Of a stretch of DNA of 52,688 nt, positions 37,261 to 49,856 are shown piece after piece (position 1 is the first letter of the stretch; each line of letters starts with the position of its first letter). Both the position numbers and the translations under genes were made by a program. The notes beneath the pieces are model-generated. The model saw nothing but the letters and a program-made list of their open reading frames with translations, did not search any database and was not told the DNA's origin. Origin of the DNA: Chiloscyllium plagiosum (taxonomy: Eukaryota). Location: assembly GCF_004010195.1 (NCBI RefSeq), contig NW_025214845.1, positions 1 through 52,688 on the forward strand, given 5' to 3'.

Positions 37261-37635
37261 ATGATAGTCAGTTTAGCAGATTACTAATTCAGCTGTTATG
37301 AGTGGTTGGCAATCAGTATGAGATTTCCTTGCTTATGTTTGCATATTTATGCGAACATCTCTCACCACAACTCTTATTTTGCTTTTTCCTTTCAGATGGC
37401 CAAGAACTGCAGTCTGCCCAGACAAGGCAGAGAGCAATAGGTGGAAGAGCAAGATGACAGTGATGATGAATAAACCCCATCACTTATCACACTTGATCTC
37501 TCACGGTCTCTTAGCTATCAGCTCATACACTGATACTGCACATAATTTAGATAGCTTATAAGTGAGATATGTACATGTTGAGGCACTGTGCATAACTGGT
37601 TGGTAGCCAGATCAGGGGACAAAGATATTGCAGGT

Positions 37636-37845
37636 TGAGTGTATGATGCTGGAAAAGCACAGCAAATCAGGCAGCGTCCGAGGAGCAGGAAAATCTGTTT
37701 CAGGCAAAAGACATTCCTGATGAAGGGCTTTTGCCTGAAATGTCGATTTTCCTGCTCCTTGGATGCTGCCTGTCCTGCTGTGCTTTTCCACCACTGCACT
37801 CTCGATTCTAATCTCCAGCATCTGCAGTACTAACTTTCACCTAAG
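37636..37845 (+). mobile_element. Fold-back Penelope-derived mini-element with TSD and hammerhead motif
   Basis: Arms ~37636-37710 / 37728-37800; TSD gatattgcaggt at 37624-37635 and 37846-37857. Confidence 0.88.
37713..37748 (+). ncRNA. Minimal type I hammerhead ribozyme motif, CpG-decayed
   Basis: attc-CTGATGA-a-gggc-tttt-gcct-GAAA-tgtc-gatt: core boxes, helix II and GUC cleavage triplet. Confidence 0.6.
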
Positions 37846-38199
37846 GATATTGCAGGTGCCAGACGCCCTAAGGGCATATTCTTTTGCCTAGGACTCGTGC
37901 ACTTTGGGACATTATCTTTGCACCATAAGAATCCCTTGTTAATAAATATATATCAATTGTGTTATTTATATTCAGATGGTGGATATTGTGATCTCACTTG
38001 TGGTCATTTGTGTATATGACTCCTGCTCTGGTTTCTTGTGTTCTAAGACAGCATTCATCCATCCAACACTTCTATTCTGCCAGATGTTTGACTCATTTGT
38101 CAACTGGATTGAAGCAATGCTGATTATGAGGCAGAATGAAGTTGTGCTTCTTGAACAAGAATGGCAAGACAGCCTTCACATCCACCAGCATACACCACA

Positions 38200-38830
38200 A
38201 GGTTAAAGCAAAGACAAATGGAATGTTGGTCTTTATTTAGAAGAAATTAGAGTTTAAAATAGGAAAGTCTTGCTAAATCAATAAAAGGCAATTATCTGAC
38301 CACATATTGTGAATAGTTTTGGGCACCTTTTAATCAAGGAAAAGATATATTGGCATGAAAGGCAATCCAGAGAAAGTTGATTAGGCTGATCCTGGATATG
38401 GAGGGACTGTAATAAGAGAAGTTGAGCCTGTATTAATTGCATTGGCTGGGGGGGGGGGGGGGGGGGAAGGGAGAGAGAGAGAGGAGAAAGAGGTGGAGAA
38501 GGAAGAAAGTTGACCTCATTGAAGTTTACACGATTCTTGACAATAGTTTGTTTTGTGCTGGGCTTCTATACCAGTTGACCTCTTGTTCCTCCTCTGCTTC
38601 CATAAGTATAAAAATGAACCTACTTTCCAACACATTTTTCAGTTTTTAAGAAAAGCAGCTCTGAACAAGAGTCATTCTGGACTCAAAGTTAATTTTCTTT
38701 TTTCACATGTGCTGCCAAATCGGCTGAGTTTCTCCAGCATTTTGTTTGCTTAAGATTTGCTTAAGTTTAGATGTGGAAAAGTTGTTTCTCCTTGTGTCTA
38801 GGACCAGATAGCACAATCTCATAATTAAGG
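38200..38830 (+). mobile_element. Degraded CR1 3' region interrupted by a G/purine tract and a pLTR fragment (~38655-38750)
   Basis: gcaatccagagaaagttgattaggctgatcctgg, gacctcattgaagtttac, then tagatgtggaaaagttgtttc resuming after the insert. Confidence 0.6.
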
Positions 38831-39373
38831 TCTTTATGATCATTAAAGGTCCTCAAGCCTCAACTCATCCCCTGATTTTTTTTTGTTAATCCATTGAACC
38901 AAGAGCGACCATGTCTTTAGATTCTAGGTCATCAGCTGTTGAATTCCCTTCAGAAATCTTTACATCTCTTTATTTTCCCCTCAGGTGCTCCTTAAAAACC
39001 TCTCTTTGATCAAGCTTTTGATCACGTATTAAATCTGAGAGACTCTGGCAAGTTTTTTTGACAATGTTTGAGGAGCATTTTGGGATGTCTTGAAATAAGT
39101 TCTATAAATGCAAATTATTTGCATTAAGCATGGATTGGGAAATTAATTTATACTGCTCACTTACAATTTATGATGAAGATCGAAATTGACTCTTTTTATA
39201 TCTGATCTGAAGCACATTTTTGGATAGGGTCTGGGCAGGTTTGCATTGCATCTTTGTGTCAATGGTTAAGCTGACCTTTGAACTACTCAATACTGACACT
39301 CAGTACATGAAATGGAAAGATGAAGTAAAGCATTTGTCGAGTTAAACCTCTCCCTGAACCCATTCAGATCACC

Positions 39374-39540
39374 ATGTAGGAACAAATTACTGCAGATGCT
39401 GGAACCTGTATTGAAAACAAATGCTGGAGATCAAAGCGGATCAGACAACATTCAGAGAGCTATCTCGACTCGAAACATTAGTTTTGCTCTCTCTCCATGG
39501 ATACTGTCTGACCCGCCGTGATCTTCAGCATTTGTTGGTT
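39374..39540. mobile_element. Fold-back Penelope-derived mini-element with 14-bp TSD
   Basis: Arms aacaaatgctggagatca..gcggatcagaca / tgtctgacccgccgtgatcttcagcatttgtt; TSD ccattca(g/a)atcacc at 39360-39373 and 39541-39554. Confidence 0.8.
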
Positions 39541-40904
39541 CCATTCAAATCACCGATTAACGGAACGACCTTGTTACAAAAACCGTTGTTGGAATGTGCT
39601 AATGTCCAGGGTCTGACTTCGTGTTTTAATACACGAGATCGTGTCGATGTTGGTGGTAGCAATATCTTACGGTTCCTGCGATTTTTCGAGTCGAACAATT
39701 AGTTTATCCAGTTTTATTAAATAGTTATTCTTGCGAATATTTAAAAACTACACAAATGCGGCGAACTGGTGACGGCTTTTCCAGATTTGTTTACATTTTG
39801 CATAATTTTATTTCAAATAATGAGACGGGAATTCGTTCTGTCGGATCTATTTTGCATAGATTAAACAAAATCAGGTAATGTCTGGTATATATTAAGCAGT
39901 TTTGTAGAATTTTAAAAATGGTGCCCTGTTTACTTAACCTGATTATTTCAACTACAAAATGTAGTGAAACCGTGAAGTATCATTTCGAATGTGTGACAAT
40001 TTGAAATTTTCAATATCCTTGACGGGACACTGTACGTTTTACGTTAACCCATAAAAAATGCCACATTTCGTAAATATCACATTTTTAAAATGCATAATTT
40101 GCATTATTTCTATGCCTTACCATGAACGATCTTTTGGCCGTTGTGCTTCAGGTTTATGGTTTGATTCAGCCATAGATTCTTTATGTCAATGAAATCCAGT
40201 TGGTTTCGTTTTGTAACATGTATACTGTGGAATAAATGGAAAGACGTTACAGAATGTTCTTGGTTTGCTCTTCTTTCATGGAATATCTTAAAATATCCTC
40301 TTCCGTAATAATTGCGGGCTCATTTCCAGTAATTAGTGAGTTGTTGAAATTCATAGAGTACCCCGAAGGTTCTCCTGCTACTTCCTTTACCGTCATTGCA
40401 GAATCCTCTATTGTCCCATAATTCCCGCCAGAAACTGCTGTATCTAGCGGACCAATAGTGACTGGCAACATAAATCCATTGCAGTCCACCCAAATGGACA
40501 AGATTTCTCGAAAATGTGAATGAAAAATTCCTTGAAAAGTTGGAGTTTTAAAATAAATTAGCATTACACAAAAAAAACTACGACCGAGTGGGTTGGTTGT
40601 GTGACCAACTGTCACTCCTGGGTTAAGTATACCTAAATAAGGTATGACAAATAAATAGTTTCATTCGGTCCATAGACTTCCCATCAATCTTCAAGTTAGA
40701 AGACCCCACGGAAAGTACTTGGGCGTGGAATAAGTGAACGGGAGTACCTGTCATAGATACTGGCAGATGTACAAACAAAAAGCGTGTATTTGGAGTTTAG
40801 TGGCACCAAGGATCTAAGCATTAGTAGAGATTATAGCTATGTAAAGATACCAACAAAATATTGCTAATTGCTTTGATACTGGTCACTAGTTTTTGAAGGG
40901 CAGA

Positions 40905-41612
40905 TGTTAGGACAAAGGGTAAACCCCTCTGCTAATTTAAACACAGAGAAGCTCACAAGCAGTAATGTGTCAAATTTTGAGAAGCACAGAACTATTCTAG
41001 AGGTCACCATTTAAAATAAAAATTAAAAGTTTTAGTCTTTAAGTCCAACAAAGAGCATTAAAACAGCTATTTACAACTCCTTTCTCTTAAACTTATGTTA
41101 CCTCCCACCACTCTACAATACTAATCCAATTAAAAAAGTAAACCCCAGTTAAGATTTATCTAAAAAACGCAATTCAAAACCAGCCTCATCTGTCCATTTT
41201 GCTCTGCATTTTCCTGGGTCATCTCTTCTTCAGTCTTCTGCTGCACAACTTTTCTTACGGGTAGGTACATTTCAGAGAGCTATTTGGCTAGCAGCCTATA
41301 TTTGATAGTATTCCAATTCTCCCACTAACTGTTCAAAATGTCTGGTTTTATACCCCAAAACATCAGATCATTTCATTGGTTAGATGTCATCCCAAACAGT
41401 AACGTTCAATTTGATTGGATTTTGGTATCTACGGCATAATTTAAACTAATTGGCTGAATTTGAATTTGTTTTAGTTCCATGGCAATACAATTCCATCTAT
41501 TTGTTTCAACCAAATGTTGCATTTTGACATTGTTCAGCACACTCTGTGCTTTCAGTCAGTCCTTGCTAGCTTCTTCTCTTTCTTAAAGGTACAGTACACA
41601 CCTACATCTTCA
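40905..41612 (-). mobile_element. Possible solo LTR
   Basis: TG...CA termini, ~700 bp, three CCAAT boxes then TATAAAA on minus (~41350); no convincing TSD. Confidence 0.4.
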
Positions 41613-42901
41613 AATTACAAAGAAATTGCAAGGAGAGAGAGCGTGAGTCTTCCCATTCTACTACTTAAATTGATTTTCCTGCTCTATTCAAAAACTGTCT
41701 TCCTGCAATGCATTTCAATTGTATATTCCTCTGTCTGACATCTGGTTGAATAACCTGCAGACAACTTTGCTCTAATATATGAAACTTCCAGATTTTGGCT
41801 CTGACTGATTTTTGCTTATTGAGATTTTCATGAGCTTGACTCAAGCTGATCATGTGATTACTGCAGACATATTAAGTATTCAACTTTTTCCCCTTTTTTG
41901 TTTCAACCAATTTATTCCATGAAAGGTCTTGGGTGTTAAAATTAGAAAATAGAGATTGGTAGTTCATTTTTACTAGTGTCATAACTATCATAATTCTAAT
42001 TTAATAACCTTTTGCTTAAAGCAAAATGCTGTAGATGTTGGTGATCTGAAATAACAACAGAAATTGATGTAGAAACTCAGCAAGTTTGATAGTGACTGTT
42101 AGAAACAACACTAAAGTTTCAAGTTCAATATAGCTCTTCCATAGAACTCAGTGGAAGTACATTTACCTATTGAGGCCCATAAATTTGGTTATTTATATAT
42201 TGTCTTGTAAACACCATTTAATTTGAAGTATAAAATAAAGCTTGAAATTATCCCAACTTCCCCACTCTTAACAGAATAATAGGCACATGAATTAGACTTG
42301 CAGTAAAATATAATGGTGAATTGTCAAAAAAATGACAAATAACTAATGAAGAGCAGAAATGAAAATTATATGTAAAGAATACATTTATTGAGATGCTAAA
42401 TATTATATTGAAGCACTGTTGAGACAGTTTAGCAGTGACAAGCATTGGTGGAAAATTGAACCTATGGCCTCATTATCAAATGGACAAGCTGCGGACCCTT
42501 AATGATTTTCCTCTTAGCTTCAGCCAGAGGTTCTCTGGTAAGTCCTTAAGGAAGAGGTGACTATGAAGGTTTATTCAGAACAGAGTGTGACCAGGAAAGG
42601 CCTGTTGAGAAGAATAGCAAATTGGGAGAGGGAAATAGGGGCATGGATAGAGGATGGTAATTAAGGTCATTCTTGGAAAGAGGTACAAATAATGGGCCAA
42701 CATTAAATTGAAGTTTGGAAGTATCCTGAAGAAGGGTTATTGGAGCCGAATCATTCATTCTGATTTCTCTTCACAGATGCTTCCAGACGTGCTGAGGTTT
42801 TGTGTTCTTATTTTAAGTTGAGGTTTTACTATTAGGAATACTATCGACCTTCCTACCTCTTATTTAGACAAATATTTTGAAGAAAACATTATATTTTGGA
42901 A

Positions 42902-43650
42902 ACAAAAACAGAAATTGCTGGAAAAGCTCAGCAGGTCTGGCAGCATCTGTGAAAAGAAATCAGAATTAACGTTTCTGGTCTGGTGACCCTTCCTCAGAAC
43001 TGATGGTAGCTAGGAAAATGTCAGTTTTTATGCAGAGGATAGAATAGTGGGGAGGGGCTAAAGAGTAAACAATAGGCAGGGATAGAGCCTAGCAAGAGAG
43101 AACAGTTGGTTAGACATAGGAGTGGACAATGATCTGGCTAGGAGGAGACATAGCTGTTCATGGAGATAGTTAGTGGCTGACAATGGGTTGTATGTAATAG
43201 TAGACTATGCGATCACAAGACCTGGTGTGTGAGGGTGGAAGCTGGAACATAGGAGAGTTCAAGCTCTAAAGTTATTGAACTCAATATTGAGTCCTGAAGG
43301 CTGTAGGGTTCCAAGTGAAAACAAGGTGTTCTTCCAGCTTACGTTGATCTTCACTGGAGCACTGCAGCAAGCCTGAGACAGAGATTTTGACCAGAAAGCA
43401 GGGTGGTGTGTTGATGTGGCAGGCAAGCAGGCAGGGGAAAGGGAGTAAGGCGTACTCCTTACCCTCTTTACCCCCCCCCCCCACCCTATATTCTGCATAG
43501 AAAACAACACTTTCCTAGCTACCATCAGTTTTGAGGAAGAATCACTGGACCTGAAATGTTAACTCTGATTTCTCTGCCAGACCTGTTGAGTTTATCTAGC
43601 AATTTCTGTTCTTGTTTCTGATTTGCAGCATCCACAGTTCTTTGGGTTTT
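42902..43650 (-). mobile_element. 5'-truncated Penelope-like element: GIY-YIG C-terminus, pLTR and inverted pLTR
   Basis: Minus 43420-43259 encodes, with a frameshift, HINTPPC...SGLLQCSSEDQRKLEE/..SLGTLQPSGLNIEFNNFRA*; arms 42902-43045 and 43485-43650 are inverted copies. Confidence 0.88.
42959..43003 (-). ncRNA. Minimal type I hammerhead ribozyme motif in the Penelope pLTR
   Basis: Minus: tcagtt-CTGAGGA-a-gggtc-acca-gacca-GAAA-cgtt-aattctgat; helix I with bulge, helix II, palindromic ACGU helix III, GUU triplet. Confidence 0.65.
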
Positions 43651-43879
43651 TATATTTGTATTTGGAAGCCATACAGCAGTGGTACCAAAAAAGGCTTTAT
43701 TTCAAACTGGGTTCTCCTGAATATATCCTGAACGGGCTTCTTCAGAGCAAATTAACATTGCAAGTCTTGTTTGTCCTCTTTACCTCTTGTTCTTTGAAAA
43801 TACCGTGTCAGAGACATGGAAAATATAATTTTGTCTCTGCACAGGAGAGGACACAAGTTATAAAGCAAAAATAAATATT

Positions 43880-45000
43880 GGAATCTTTTATTAATGAAAT
43901 CTTAAAGCACTTAGAACAGAATAGTCTGATCAGACAAAATCAATATGGTTTTACAAAATGAAAATCTTATTTGACAAATGTATTAGCACTTTTTGAAGAT
44001 TTAAGTAGTGTATAAGGGAGATAAAGAAAAACAATGGATATGATCTATTTGCATTTCTGAAAAGCATTTGATAAGGTGCCATAAAAGATTCATGTGAAAG
44101 TTAAGACTTCAGGGAGATGTGAATAATATGTTAACATTGTCAGCAGTTGGTTATTAGACAGGAAAAAAGATGCATTTATAGGTCATTTTCAAGTTGGCAG
44201 GCTGTCAGTTGTGGAGTGTCAGAAGAATCAGGACTGGATCTTAGCTATTTACAATCTATACTGATAAAGTGAAGAGATAAAGAGTAATGCATCCAGGTTT
44301 ATTGAGGGTACAAAACTAAATTACTCTAAATGGGAATGCAAACAGTGAGGAGGAAACAAAAAAGGGTGCAAAGTGATATGGACAGGCTGAGGGAGTGGAC
44401 AGATGGAGTTTAATGTTGGGAGGTGTCAATTTGGGAATAAGGTTAAAAAGCAAATTACTATTTTAAAAGTTATGAAACTTGTAAATGTTGATGATCAGAG
44501 GGATTTGTATGCACTTGTATGGGAAATATTGAAAATGATCAGACAGGTGCAGCAAGTAATTAGGAAGACAAGTATTATGTTACCTTTTTATTGCAAGAGG
44601 CTTGGTGTACAAAAATATGAAAGTCTTGCAACAACTGTAGAGGGTATTGGTTTAAACCATGCCTGGAATACTGTTCAACCTCCATATTTAAGGAAGGATA
44701 TGCTTGCATTAGACACAGTACTTTCTTTTACTTCCCAATCAGCCTGTTCAAAGATGTTATAATACACGCCTGGAGGAGATAGGACTCGAACCAAAGCCTC
44801 CTGGCTCAGGTAGGGGGCACGATCACTCTGCCACAAGAGCCCTTGGGGGGCAGTATAGTGACAATTCACTAAATTTGTTTCTGAGATGAGAGAGTTGACC
44901 TTTGAGCAATTGACTTAATTTGGCCTACGTTCTCTGGAGTTTAAAAGACTGAGAAGTGGTCTAATTGATACTTAGAAGATTCTGAAGGGGCTTGACAGGA
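43880..45000 (+). mobile_element. Old degraded CR1 ORF2 (RT)
   Basis: aaagcatttgataaggtgcca (KAFDKVP), QMEFNV; short SINE inserted at ~44771-44851 (-). Confidence 0.8.
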
Positions 45001-47315
45001 CATCAGAGGAGTCATAGAGATGTACAGCACAGAAACAGACCCTTCGGTCCAACCCGTCCACGCCGACCAGATATCCCAACCCAATCTAGTCCCACCTGCC
45101 AGCACACGGCCCATATCCCTCCAAACCCTTCCTATTTATATATCCATCCAGATGCCTTTTAAATGTTGCAATTGTACTAGCCTCCACCACTTCCTCTGGC
45201 AGCTCATTCCATACATGTACCACACTCTGTGTGAAAAAGTTGCCCCGTAGGCTTCTTTTATATCTTTCCCCTCTCACCCTAAACCTATACCCTCTAGCTC
45301 TGGACTCCCACATCCCAGGTAAAGGACTTTATCTATTTATCCTTTCCATGCACCTCAAGATTTTATAAACCTCGATAAGGTCATCCCTCAGCCTCTGCGG
45401 TCCAGGGAAAACAGCCCAAGCCTATTCAACCTCTTCCTATAGCTCAAATCCTCCAACCCTGGCAACATCCCTGTAATTTTTTTCTGAACCCTTTCAAGTT
45501 TCACAATATCTTTCTGATAGGAAGGAGACCAGAATTGCATGCAATATTCCAACAGTGGCCTAACCAATGTCCTGTACAGCCGCAACATGACCTCCCAACT
45601 CCTGTACTCAATACTCTGACCAATAAAGGAAATCTTACCAAATACCGCCTTCACTATCCTATCTACTTACGACTCCACTTTCAAGGAGCTATGAACCTGC
45701 ACTCCAAGTTCTCTTTATTCGGCAACACTCCCAAGGACCTTACCATTCATTGTGTTTAAGTCCTGCTAAGATTTGCTTTTCCAAAATGCAGCATTTCACA
45801 TTTATCTAAGTTAAACTCCATCTGCCACTTCTCAGCCCATTGGCCCATCTGATCAAGATCCCATTGTAATCTGAGGTAACCTTCATTGCTGTCCACTGCA
45901 GCCCCAATTTTGGTGTCATCTGCAAACTTACTAACGATACCTCTTATGCTCACATCCAAATCATTTATATAAATGATGAAAAGTAATGGACTCAGTACTG
46001 ATCTTTGTGGCACTCCATTGGCCACAGGCCTCCAATCTGAAAAACAACACTGCACCATCACCCTCTGTCTTCTACTTTTGAGCCAGTTCTGTGTCCAAAT
46101 GGGGAGTTCTCTTTGTATTCCAGGAGATCTAACCTTGCCATCCAGTCTCCCATGGGGAACCTTGTTAAATGCCTTACTGAAGGTCATATAGATCGCATCC
46201 ATCGCTCTGCCCTCATCAATCCTTTTTGTTACTTCTTTAGTCCTTGCCTTTCCAAATACATGTACATCCTGTCCCTCAGGATTCCCTCCAACAACTTGCC
46301 CACCACCGACGTCAGGCTCACTGGTCTATAGTTCCCTGACTTGTCCTTACCACCTTTCTTAAACAGTGGCACCACGTTAGCCAACCTCCAGTCTTCTGGC
46401 ATCTCATCTATGACTATTGATGATACAAATATCTCAGCAAGAGACTCAGCAATCACTTCTCTAGCTTCCCACAGAGTTCTAGGGTACACTGGATGAGGTC
46501 CTGATTTATCCATTTTTATGTGTTTCAAGAAATCCTGCACTTCCTCCTCTGTAATATGGACAATTTTCAAGATGTCGCTATCTATTTCCATGCATTCTAT
46601 ATCTTCCATGTCCTTTTCCACAGTAAATACTGATGCAAAATACTTGTTTAGTATCTTCCTCATCTCCTGCGGCTCCACACAAAGGCCACCTTGCTGATCT
46701 TTGAGGGACCTTTTGTCCTTAATGTATTTGTAAAAACCCTTTGAATTCTCCTTAACTGTATTTGCCAAAGCTGTCTCATGTCCCTTTTTGCCCTCCTGAT
46801 TTCTCTCTTAAGTATACTCCTACTGCCTTTATACTCTTCTAAGGATTCACTCGATCTATCCTGTCTACACCTGACAGATGCTTCCTTCTTTTTCTTAACA
46901 AAGCCCTCAATTTCTTTAGTCATCCAGCATTCCCTATACCTACCAGCCTTTCCTTTCACCGTAACAGAAATGTACTTTCTCTGGACTAGTTATCTAATTT
47001 CTGAAGGCTTCCCATTTTCCAGCTGTCACTTTACCTGCGAACATCTGTGCACAATCAGCTTTCGAACGTTCTTGCCTAATACTGTCAAAATTGGCCTTCC
47101 TCCAATTTAGAACTTCAACTTTTAGATCTGGTCTATCCTTTTCCATCACTATTTAAAAAATAATAGAATTATGGTTGCTGGCCCCAAAGTGCTCCTCCAC
47201 TAACACCTCGGTCACCTGCTCTGCCTTATTTCCCAAGAGTAGGTAAAAGCTTTGCACCTTCCCTAGTAGGTACATCCACATACTGAATCAGAAAACTTTC
47301 TTGTACACACTTAAG

Positions 47316-49856
47316 TAACAAAGAAGAAAAAGAATTTACAGCTCAGGAACAGGCCCTTCGGCCTCTAAGCCTGAGCTGATCCAAATCCACTGTCTAAACC
47401 TGTCACCCAATTCCTAAGCATCTGTATCTCTCTGCTCCCCACCTACTCATGCATCTGTCCAGAAGCATCTTAAATGAATCTACCGTGCATGCCTCTACTA
47501 CCTCTGTTGGCAACGCGTTCCAGGCACCTACCACCCTTTGTGTAAAGTACTTGCTGCGTGTATCCCCCTTAAACGTTTAGCCTTGAAAGCGTGACCTCTC
47601 GTTATTGGATCCTTCACCCTGGGAAAAAGTTTTTCTCTATCTACTCTGTCTATACCCTTCATGATTTTGTAGACCTCAATCAGATCCCCTCTAAATCTCC
47701 TTTTTTCTAATGAAAACAGACTTAACCTACTCAATCTCTCTTCATAGCTAGCACCTTCCATACCAGGCAACATCCTCGTAAACCTTCTCTGCACCCTCTC
47801 CAAAGCGTCCACATCCTTTTCGTAATGTGGTGAGCAGAACTGTGCACAGTATTCTAAATGTGGTCGAACCAATGTCGTGTACAATTTTAACATAACCTGC
47901 CAGCTCTTATACTCAATACGCTGTCCGATGAAGGCAAGTATACCATATGCCTTCTTGATCACTCTATCCACCTTTGCAGCAACCTTCATGGACAATGGAC
48001 CTGAACTCCCAGATCTCTCTGCTCATCAACGTTTCCCAATCTTCCGTTTACTGTATAATTCACTCTAGAATTAGATTTCCCAAAATGCATCACCTCACAT
48101 TTGCCTGGATTGAACCCCATCAGCCACTTTTCCGCCCAACTCTCCAGTCTATCTATATTCGCCTGTATTCTTTGACAGTGCCCTATGCTTTCTGCTATTG
48201 CACCAATCTTTGCGTCATCTGCAAACTTGCTGATCATACCCAACAGTGCCCTCTTCCAGATCATTTATGGATATCGCAAACAACAGTGGCCCCAGTACTG
48301 ATCCCTGTGGAAAACCACTGGTCACCTTTCTCCATTTCAAGATACTCCCTTCAAATCTCTGTCTCCTGTTGCTCAACGAGTACTTTATCCACCTAGCTGG
48401 AACACCCTCCATACCATATGACTTCACTTTCTCTGTTAGTTTACCATGGGGAACCTTACTAAAGTCCATGTATATGACATCTACAGCCCTTCCTTCATCA
48501 ATCAATCTGGTCACTACCTCAAAGAACTCTATTAAGTTGGTAAGGCATGATCTCCCCTGCACAAAACCATGCCTATCACTGATAAGTCCATTCTTTTCCA
48601 AATATAAATAGATTTTATTCCTCAGTACCTTCTCCAGCAACTTTCCCACCACTGACATCAGGCTCAATGGTCTGTAGTTATCCTACTATCCTTCTTGTAC
48701 AGAGGAACAACATGAGCAACCCTCCAGTCCTCCGAAATCTCACTTATGTTTAAGGATGGTACAAAAACATCTGTCAGGGCCCCAGCAATTTCCTCTCTCA
48801 CCTCCCTCAACAACCTGGGATAGATCCCATCTGGTCCTGGGGATTTGTACACCTTAATAACCTCTAGCCTACCCAACACATCTTCCCTACTTATGTCAAT
48901 GTGATCCAGAGTAATCAACATTCATCATGTCCCTCTCCTCAGTGAACACTGATGCAAAGTAATCATTCAGAATTTCACCCATTTTCTCAGGTTCGCCACA
49001 TAACCTTCCTTCCTTATCTTTTTGTGGACCAACCTTTTCTCTAGTTACCCAATTGCTTCTTATATAAGAATAAAAGGCTTTGGGATTCTCCTTAACTCTG
49101 CTCACTAAAGCTATTTCATGACCCCTTTTAGCCCACTTGATTCCTCATTTAAGACTGGTGCTACTCTTCCAATATTCCTCCAGGGCCCATTTTGTCCTTA
49201 GCTGCCTGGACCTTATGTACGCTTCCTCTTGGCTAGTTGTATGATTTCTCCTGCCATCCACGGTTCACGAATCTTGCCTTTCCTACCCTTTGCTTTCAAC
49301 GGGACATGTCTATTCTGCACTATCTTTAACCTATCTTTGAAAGCCTCCTACATGTCAAATGTTTACTTCCCTTCAAATAACTGTGTTCAATCCATATTTC
49401 CCAGCTCGTGCCTAATTTTGATATAATTGGCCTTGGCCCAGTTTAGTACTCTTCGGTTAGGACCACTCTCATCTTTGTCTACGGATATTCTAATACTTAC
49501 AGAATTGTGGTCACTATTCCCAAAGAAATCCCCCACTGCAACTTCTACCACCTGGCCTGGCTCATTCCCCAACTCCAAGTCCAATATGGCCCCTTTTCTC
49601 ATCGGACTATTGACATACTGCTCCAGAAAACTCTCCTGGACGCTTCTTACAAATTGTGCCCCATCCAGACCTCTGACACTAAGTGTATCCCAGTCAATGT
49701 TGGGAAAATTAAAATCTCCCATCACCACTACCCTGTGCATCTACATCTTTCCATAATCTGCCTATGTTTTTGTTCTTCTACCTCACGCTTACTGTTGGGA
49801 GCCTGTAATACAGCCCCATCAATGCAACTGCACCCTTCTTATTTCTCAGCAAATTT
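47316..49856 (-). mobile_element. 5'-truncated CR1 LINE 'B' nested in element A
   Basis: Own 3'UTR/tail at ~47316-47440, second RT set ([26 protein letters not shown]) and EN motifs (VMGDFN, SDHN). Confidence 0.9.

Noticed and set aside
40225..40250. GT..AG micro-intron joining the 40247 ORF to the next segment
   Set aside because: Only ~26 nt, below the plausible vertebrate spliceosomal minimum
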